DNA of 43,853 nucleotides from NCBI RefSeq assembly GCF_004010195.1, contig NC_057720.1, positions 14,043,347 to 14,087,199 on the forward strand, written 5' to 3'. This stretch comes from Chiloscyllium plagiosum (lineage: Eukaryota). Both the position numbers and the translations under genes were made by a program. Below the pieces are notes generated by a model. The model was not told the DNA's origin. It made no database searches and saw only the letters and a list, made by a program, of their open reading frames with translations. Below, piece after piece: positions 35,500-43,853 of the stretch; within the stretch, counting starts at the first letter, position 1; the number at the start of each line of letters is the position of its first letter.

Positions 35500-35880
35500 C
35501 ATGGTCAGTATCTCTGGAGAACAAATGAAAGCAAGGAACACTGGACCTTATCAAATCAAAAAGAAACTTAATGATGTACTCTGTGTTGCGTATAGACCCA
35601 GACAGAAGAAAGATCAGCTAGTGTGTCACATTAACTTGGTGAAAAGATGCTATGACAGGGATGATAGTCAGGAAAAAAAAACCCTATGGTCATGAAATAA
35701 ATAGAGGGTGAAGTAAAAATATCTGATTGATTGGACAATGAATCAGAAATTGAAAATTCAAAAGTTAACCCCCCCAGCAATTAGATTGTAAAATCTGAAG
35801 AAACTTTAAAGAAGTTAAATAGCATTGTCTATTATTTTCCAGAACCTTACTGAGGTGACACACAGAGCTATAAACTATTT
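35500..35880 (+). pseudogene. Decayed Gypsy integrase C-terminus (GPY/F module) and downstream linker
   Basis: MKARNTGPYQIKKKLNDV......R.KK...VCHINLVKRCYDR. Confidence 0.72.
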
Positions 35881-36179
35881 GTGGGAATAGACCGGGAATG
35901 GGAATATAAACCTTGCAGGCTCTTTCTCTTCACTGTCATCATTTTTAGTTAAATTTTTAAAATTATATTCAATACCCGAATTTCCAAATCATCCCCCGAG
36001 TCCGTAGAATTCTTTTCTTCCTGTCAAATTCTGTGGGTCTGAGAACTAGTCACAATGTAATCAGGAAATAATCAGGATGTTCTTCTTGGGGTTCCTAGGG
36101 TTGTTCTTCAAGAGGAAGAGATTTCATTATGTGGTTCAAAATGGCTTTATAGAGTAAAGGAAATAAATTACTTGCAATG

Positions 36180-36470
36180 ACAGAAGAGTCATGAACCATG
36201 GGGGACAGGTTAAATGCGATTAGTAAAAGAAACTGAGGGCTATGCAACATCCCTTTTTACATAGTGACGTTAAGTCCACAATGTACTGCATGAAAAGATG
36301 GTAGTAAGTAAAAGATAGTAAGACTCAAACAAGGATTGGAAGGGCTGTTGGAAAAGATGCAGGATTATCAGGAAGGAGTAAAGAGTGGGATGAATCGAAT
36401 AATCCTACCTTAAATCTGGCACAAGCCTGATGGGCCAAATGGACTCCTTCTGTTTGTATCATTCTATGAG
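36180..36470 (+). mobile_element. Very decayed CR1 3' end
   Basis: Tail gatgggccaaatggactccttctgtttgtatcattctatga. Confidence 0.55.
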
Positions 36471-38631
36471 AAGGATGTGAGAATATTAGCTCAAAGACTG
36501 AGCAATCTATCAAAGACTCCTGACCATCCATAAACTGATGTTAGTGCTGTGAAAAATAGCCTCAGGCTATTCATAATGGACCTCCAACCATTTACACAAC
36601 AAAGTTAAACATCGATGAGAGAACATGACTGCACACCTTTTGGAAAATATGATTGAGACAGTGAGTTTGTGCAATAACAGAGTCATACAAAATAGAGCTT
36701 TTAAAAGGCTTTCCCTGGCTGAACTCATATCTCAAGGAAAAAGTACAATCCTATGAGCAAGACAATAAAAAGTGGAAGATGCTGTGGACCAGCCTGTGAC
36801 AAATCATATCAAACTATTATTAAAGAGGAAGACTATTATTGATCCTGGACAGAATTTCTCATAACTGAAGTCCTGCAATCACAACACAAGCTTTTCTGAG
36901 TCTAATACAACTTCACTAACTAACTGCAAGATTGCAAGATGGGAGCAGTATATTAGTTTGAGGCAAGAGCTGTAAGCGAGGGGTCACAAGGGTCACTGAA
37001 TTGTGGAGGCCAATAGGAGACTGGATTCTTACAGTCTAATAACAAAAGTTGCCTGTTGTTTGGTAAAGTGCTGAAAATGTAGTTTGTACGCTCACAGTTA
37101 CTCCATTAAAATGTTAGCTGAATGAATTCATGACCCCTTTGGAGTAACAGGGACACACCTCCATTAGTGTCCATATTCTAGAAGAGAGGAGGCTGATACA
37201 GTCAACTAAAGTGACAGGGTGATAAATATAATCCCACTGTTATCAATAAACCCTTGAATGTAAAAGCACTTAGTTTCAGCTTAAGTAACTCACAGAAAGT
37301 TTGGTTTCATGAACCAGTGCATCATCCATCACTACTCCTGGTTGCGTTGACAAAGTAATTGTTGGATATCTGAAATGAAGGTTCAATGTGAACTGACATT
37401 TTGGAAAGTAGGAATTGAGCATTGCACTCACTTATTAACTGTATTTTTCCCAGCTATAAATAATTCCATTTTTAGTGTGTGTGCGACTAAGTTCCCCTGA
37501 CACGTAGAATTTACCTTGCAGTATGTTGATTAATCTACAGACCTTGGGTTCGAAGATGAATTAGCAAAAATGCAATAATGTACTTTTTATTACAAATCTT
37601 GAAAGCCTTTTAGAAGCTGCGCTTTATTTAAAAGCAATAACCAGAATGAGGAGGATGATCTATACTGACAGCGCTAATGGATATCTTTTAATTTTTAACC
37701 AAGTTACATTCATTGTAATTACGACAACTATGCCTGACAACCAATCTTTCTTTTTGGTAGTGTTAAATTCTCATTGATTAACTGGTCATGTTTGTTAAGT
37801 GGTCTTGTTAACATTAGTGCTCTTTGCGAGCTGCTGACAAACTACATCCCAATGAAAGATTAATGAAAGCTAGTTAACTGTGCTGATTAGAAACTGGCAG
37901 TTTAATATAAGTCTTCTTGCCTGCGACTATTCTCATGTATTTATGCTTATGTAGGTGGTTCGGTCGTCGGCTTCAAGTTATCATTGGGCAGCTTCATTCA
38001 GTAGATGAACAAATGTAAAATTCTATGCTATGATTATAGCTCTTGCCTGATAAATAAGCCAATACCTTTGAGTATTCATGTTTGTTGAAAAAGGCACGTA
38101 GTGTTTTAATTTTTCAAAAGAAAACATCATCATTACCATCATAAATGTCCATTTTGAATTTCTGAAATCAGCTGCAGGAATTAGACGTCACCAGTTTTGC
38201 CTGTGGAAGGCAACAAATGAGGAGTGTTGAGGGGAAAGATTATTCCATGTTTCGATGTAATCATCTGAGTTTGGAAATGCACAGCAGCACCGGAAAAGAT
38301 GTACAGGCTGGAGCAAAGAAGCTTTCAGAGGACTTAGTCAGGCCGCTCAGTTTTGCATTGTGAATCTGTGGGGTTAGATGAGAATTGTTTGCATTCAGTT
38401 CACACCCTTCATCTTGTACCCTCAGTAATGGCCACCTCTGTGGGGGCTGGCAGACTTTTAACTGAGCTGCCAATCTTGATTGGTCAGTGATCCCAGTGTC
38501 GGTCTCTCGCTATGTTAGGCTCTGACTCTGTATTCAGGCAGTATGTGACATTAATGACTGCTGCCTGACACTGGCAGGTTCCTGCAAATTCTTTTATTTT
38601 CACTACCATACACAATATTGTTGTCCATAAT

Positions 38632-38833
38632 TGTCATTTGGAGGTGCCAGTGTTGGACTGGGGTGTACAAAGTTAAAAATCACACAACACCAGGTTATAG
38701 TCCAACAGGTTTATTTGGAAGCACTAGCTTTCGGAGCACTGATCCTCAAACATCTGATGAAGGAGCAGCGTTTCAAAAGCTAGTGCTTCCAAATAAACGT
38801 GTTGTTCTATAACCTGGTGTGCGGTTTTTAGCA
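38632..38833. mobile_element. Penelope-derived palindromic element; degenerate 11-bp TSD
   Basis: Arms acaccaggttatag...tttatttggaagcactagcttt / aaagctagtgcttccaaataaa...ctataacctggtgt. ttgtccataat 38621-38631 vs ttgcccgtaat 38834-38844. Confidence 0.8.
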
Positions 38834-39194
38834 TTGCCCGTAATACGTCTCTGTAGTGTAGGTTACTACAGACTTCCTTCATTCTCTCCAGCATGTGATT
38901 GTTGACATCATTATACCATGCTAAACATCACTATCTCATTCTACTATAATATGAATGTCTAGAATTTAATACAAAATAAAACCCCATGGATCAAATGGGA
39001 TTTCACAGTAAGTTATTTCATCTTGTATAGGCTCATAATCACAGTACGTACAGAATGGGGTAGACGTTCATATTTACCAAACTCATAAGGAGGTTGTCAC
39101 GTCCCTTTGGAACCTGCAGGACTTCCGTTAATTAATTTAATACAAATCATTTTGTCAGATTTTGCTCTTTAAATACAACAGAGGTAGTGTAGTG

Positions 39195-39424
39195 GCCCTT
39201 AGTTAGTTTAATTGGTTGGATGACAGGTTTGCAATGCAGACTAATACCAACAGCATGGGTTCAATTCCCATGCTGGCTGACAGTACCATAAGAGGTTCTT
39301 CTTCTCAACCTCTCCCCTGACCTGAGGCATGGTGACCTTCAGGTTAAACCACCACCAGTCAGCTTTCTCTAACAAGAGAGCAGCCCTAGAGTCTGATAAA
39401 TCAATGGCAGCTTTACCTTTACCA
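39195..39424 (+). mobile_element. tRNA-derived SINE (third family)
   Basis: B box gggttcaattccc near 39257 and (cttta)n tail. Confidence 0.6.
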
Positions 39425-39765
39425 CCTAATTCCCAGAGCAATAAAAGTCAAAAATAAACTCCAGTGTTTCCATGTAGACAATCGCTAGAGATTTCCAATT
39501 ATGTTGCTGTATTAAGATTGTAATCCCAAGTACGTCATATAGTTCTCTAAGCTTACTCTTCCATTTCGTAAGATCATGGCTGATTTTCTAAGCTCAAACC
39601 TCACTTTCCTAGCCAATGTCCATATTTCTGGATTATTTTTCACTTCAGTCTTGGATATGTTCAACCACATCCCTGAATTGAGAATGTTGAGAGTTGAAGG
39701 AGGACTGAGCCCCCTCATCCCAGTTCTAAAATGATCCTTTGTCCAAAGACTGGGACCCAGTAGTT

Positions 39766-40082
39766 TAGATTAGATTACTTACAGTGTGGAAACAGGCCCT
39801 TCGGCCCAACAAGTCCACACCGACTTGCCGAAGCGCAACCCACCCAGACCCATTCCCCTACACTTACCCCTTCACCTAACACTATGAGCAATTTAGCATG
39901 GCCAATTCACCCAACCTGCACAACTTTGGATTGTGGGAGGAAACCGGAGCACCTGGAGGAAACCCACGCAGACACGGGGAGAATGTGTAAACTCCACACA
40001 GTCAGTCACCTGAGGCCGGAATTGAACGGGGGTCTCTGCCGCTGTGACGCAGCAGTGCTAACCATTATGCCACCGCGCCGCC
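39766..40082 (-). mobile_element. Full-length HE1-type SINE
   Basis: Highly similar to 28127-28446; (taatc)n tail. Confidence 0.93.
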
Positions 40083-40084
40083 TC

Positions 40085-40197
40085 TAGGAGAAAGTGAGGT
40101 CTGCAGATGCTGAAGATCAGAGTTGAAAATGTGTTACTGGAAAAGCACATCCTCGGATACTGCCTGAACTGCTGTGCTTTTCCAGCAAAACACTCAC
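40085..40197. mobile_element. Internally deleted Penelope-derived palindromic element
   Basis: ctggaaaagcaca / tgtgcttttccag arms plus the family tail aggagaaagtgaggtctgcagatgctg. Confidence 0.75.
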
Positions 40198-40999
40198 GAC
40201 CCAGTAGTTCCAGTCTGTCCAGCCATGTAAAACAACCACTTGCACAAGCCTTATAATAATTTCATATCTTCCAATTCAATCACCTTTAACAGTAACACAA
40301 TGATATGAAGAAATGTTTATGGGCAAAGAAAGATACCCTTAAAAGAAGCTTCAATTGAAGTTGGAAAAAAAATGCAGATTTATTTTTTATGAACTACTAT
40401 ATCTGTTTTCCACCACTCACTTTACCAATTTAGGTTGATTCATAGATTCCAAATGGGTAACAGATGGTCTATGTGTGCACTGCATAAGTCAGAAGCAATA
40501 CTGTTCATAAATAAATTACTGCAATAAAATTTTAAATGTTTTTTTTAATGGAAAATGGTATGGATGAAATAAATGTCGAATTTCAGCCAACAATATGCAG
40601 TACTTTTATATTTACACGGATTTAATGCCAATTTATGAAACTATCCAACAAAAAAGCAATACCTCAATTTTAAAAGGTGCTGCTCGGTTAAACCAGACAT
40701 TCTGAAATTAATGATGTACTAGCACATAGTGAAAGTCAGGACCAAAAATAAAGCATAGTAGCTGAGTGGTTTATGGTTATTCTTGGTGAGACATATCCAT
40801 AGACTTGCTCCATTTCCTACCGGGCATTATTATAGGACACAATAATTTCTAAACAAAGCTTTTTTTTAAATTGAGCAATTCGTCGGATGTTAGGTGAGAA
40901 TTGCTGTTAGGTGAGAATTTATTGCTCTTGAGTAGGTGTGCCAATTTTTTGCAATGCTGGTGGTTCGAGTTCACAGATTCGGAAGGTGCTACAGAAGGG

Positions 41000-41265
41000 G
41001 CCCTGGTGATTTGCTACGGTGCATCTTGATGATGGTATACAATGCTGCCACTGTGCGTCAGTGGTGGAAGGAGTGAAACTTTGAAGACTGCTATTTGAAT
41101 GGGCTGCATTATTGTTGACGGTGTTGAGTGCATCCAGACAAATGGACTGTATTCCATTACACTCTTGACTTGCACCTTGTTGACAGCCATTGGTGAGTCA
41201 GGAGGTGAATTACATGCTGCTGGTCTGTTCCTGCAGCCACAGTATTTCAGTATGAAGATAATCAA
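41000..41265 (-). mobile_element. Old CR1-group fragment (family of 19705-21945)
   Basis: KVQVKSVMEYSPFVWM. Confidence 0.65.
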
Positions 41266-41504
41266 CACTTTGACCTATCAAAGTTGACATGTTAACCAAT
41301 CAACACCCTTCTCTTCCACTGTGACCTTCTAAAACTTGGCACTCCTGCATTTGTCCTGCTAAGTGCAAGATGAAAAACTTTGCCAACACAGCTCCCTTTT
41401 CAGAAATGCCACCTTTGTTTAATAAATATCCATTTCTGTTTTAGCTCTGGAGTTCCTTTTCTAAACATTACCTCCTTGCTAAGTCTTCGTCTGTAATAAA
41501 TCCA

Positions 41505-41965
41505 AAGAACAAAGAGAACAAAAAGAATTACAGCACAGGCCCTCCAAGCCTGCGCTGATCCAGATCCTCTATCTAAACCTACCACTTAATTTCTAAGGAT
41601 CGGTATCCCTCTGCTCCCTGCCCATTGATATATCTGTCTAGATACATCGTAAATGATGTATCCTTCCCACCCCAACCACCTCCACTGGCCACGCGTTCCA
41701 GGCACCTACCACCCTCTGTGTAAAGAATATTCCATCCATCTCCCCCTTCAACTTTTCCCCTCTCACTTTGAACTCATGACCCCTAGTTACTGAGTCGCTC
41801 ACTCTGAGAAAAAGCTTCTTGTTATCCACCCTGTCTGAACCTCTCATGATTTTGTAGATCTCAATCAGGTCCCCCCTCAACCTCTGTCTTTAATGAATAT
41901 AATCCTAACCTACTCAACCTCTCTTCATAGTTAGCATCCTCCATACCAAGCACCATCTTAGTGAA
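41505..41965 (-). mobile_element. CR1 3' fragment
   Basis: RGDLIEIYKIMRG.DRVD...TRGHEFKVRG...FFTQRVVGAWN. Confidence 0.9.
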
Positions 41966-42899
41966 TAATTTGTTAAAACTGATCTCTTTGACCAAGCTTT
42001 TGGACCTAATATCTACTTTTATGACTCGGTGTCATGTTTTGATTGTTAATGCAAGGCATGTTGAGATGTCAGTGACATTGCCAGCTGCTAGTATTGAACA
42101 CAAGTGAGATCCGGGGATGTTTTCGGTCTGACATATACAATGTCAACAAACTGCTTGATTGAAGAGAACAGTACAAAATCAAACTTGTAGAATCACAGCA
42201 CATAGCACTCTGCCACTTGGCCCATCAAACTTTTGGTAAGAGTTATCAGATATGTCCTGTACTCTTGCACATTCTTAAGAGCTCTTTTCTGTTCTCTTTT
42301 TGCCCCTCCTTTTTCTCTAATGCTTTATCAATGAAATTGTTAAGCCCTGTTGGGGCAGTAACATGCATTTTCGTTGAGCATTCTTTCCAGATCTTTCATT
42401 AACTATGGTAGTTGTCAGAATAACAGAGGACTTCCTCTCTATAAACTCAACAGTACTGGGATTATTATACCAGGTAATAAATTGCCACATTAGATTTGAA
42501 AGGAATGTGACATAAATGGGAACCAGCGACAACTGATGCTAGTGTACATTATGCCTGAACATAAATAATACCAATCCTTTTCGACACAATGCTACAAGTT
42601 CCAAATTAAACTAAAAGAGAATAGAATGTGCATATGACAGAAGTGTGGGTCACTAAAACCATCCTGTTACACTGCTGAAAATCCTGAATGTGAAATTATA
42701 AGATGCTTAAAAAGTAGTTGAAGTGTTCTAGCTCTTTTCGGGAGTACCACTTTGCAATGGGAGCTCCAACATTATTAGAAATATCTCTTCCTCATAATAA
42801 TCAAAAATTAATTGATGGAGGAATTTTAAGCAACAAAAAGATTTAATTGCGGCAAAACTGCCATTTGTTTCCCTAACCTCATCACCTTTGGACCGAGTA

Positions 42900-43510
42900 G
42901 TTTGTGAGTTTGATATAACTGATCTATTTTGCGGGGCCATTTCAGAAGTCAATCATGTTATTGTGGGTCTGGTGTCCTGTGTAGGCCAGACCAGGTAAGA
43001 ACAGCAGATCTCTATCCATAAAGGGCATTATTGAGCCAGATGGATTTTTAACACCTATTGGTGATGTTTTAATCTTTTTAAAAAATTCATTGACAGGATG
43101 TAGGTGTCAGTGTCCAGCATTTATTCCCCAGTTGCTCAGAGCATTGCTATGTTTGTAAGCATGCAATTTCCTTCCATAAAAGGCATGGGTGAACCAGATG
43201 GCCTCAACAATTGTTTCATGGTCATCATTAGAATCTTCATTCCACATTGTTTTTAAACTGAATTAAAGCTAATTCCATCATAGTGGGTGTTAAACCTGAG
43301 TGCCCAGAACATTACCTGAATATCTGGATGAATCATCTAATTAATACCACTACGCTATCACCGCCCCCTGATTTTTTTTTTCCCACAGTCTAGTCTTTAA
43401 TTTCAGACTTATTAACTACATTCAAGTTTCAGCAGCTATGGAGAAATTTGAAACCATGTCCCAAGAACATTAATCTAGACCATTTCATTACAATTATGAT
43501 ATCACTAGTA
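42900..43510 (-). mobile_element. Cluster of decayed tRNA-SINE fragments (family of 17845)
   Basis: Reverse-complement matches such as gtaggccagaccaggtaag and gaaccagatgg...tttcatggtcatcattag. Confidence 0.55.
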
Positions 43511-43512
43511 CT

Positions 43513-43551
43513 CAGACGTTTCGTCCCCTGTCTCGGTGACATCCTCAGTGC
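43513..43551 (-). ncRNA. Minimal hammerhead ribozyme (Penelope-type)
   Basis: GCA-CTGAGGA-T-GTCACC-GAGACA-GGGGAC-GAAA-C-GTC-TG. Confidence 0.7.
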
Positions 43552-43853
43552 TTGGGACCCTCATGTGAAGCGCTTCTGTGATCTTTCCTCTGGCATTTAT
43601 AGTGATTTGTACCTGCCGCTTCCGGTTGTCAGTTCCAGCTGTCCGTTACAGTGGCCGGTATATTGGGTCCAGGTCGATGTGCTTATTGATTGAATCTGTG
43701 GATGAGTGCCATGCCTCTAGGAATTCCCTGGCTGTTCTCTGTTTGGCTTGTCCTATAATAGTAGTGTTGTCCCAGTCGAACTCATGTTGCTTGCCATCTG
43801 CGTGTGTGGCTACTAAGGATAGCTGGTCATGTCGTTTCATGGCTAGTTGGTGT
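43513..43853 (-). mobile_element. Penelope-like element 3' end (GIY-YIG C-terminus, 3' UTR, hammerhead)
   Basis: HQLAMKRHDQLSLVATH...HEFDWDNTTII......REFLEAWH....INKHIDLDPIY. Confidence 0.9.

Noticed and set aside
40888..40919. Tandem duplication of tgttaggtgagaatt
   Set aside because: Ordinary local slippage duplication with no further structure.

Overview
Eukaryotic, repeat-dominated window with three N gaps and no recognisable host gene exon. The repeat content (HE1-type tRNA SINEs, HER1/CR1 LINEs, Deu-domain SINE remnants) points to a shark/elasmobranch genome. The only intact protein-coding ORF is ORF1 (zinc finger/leucine zipper plus SGNH esterase) of a CR1-clade LINE at the left edge on the minus strand, with its 5' UTR. 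The rest is layered TE debris: CR1 3' ends and RT pieces, L2, Rex1/Babar, Penelope GIY-YIG pieces, many short Penelope-derived palindromic elements with minimal hammerhead ribozyme cores, Gypsy gag/pol/integrase fossils, a Harbinger transposase fossil, SINEs and a 27-bp minisatellite. Most interesting: (i) an in-phase U_UUA_AAC -1 frameshift heptamer directly before the LINE ORF1 stop, with the -1 frame open to the window edge; (ii) apparent short spliceosomal introns in that LINE's 5' UTR; (iii) hammerhead-bearing Penelope-derived mini-elements, several with target-site duplications. Family names come from motif recognition by eye, not database searches, and boundaries of decayed repeats are approximate.
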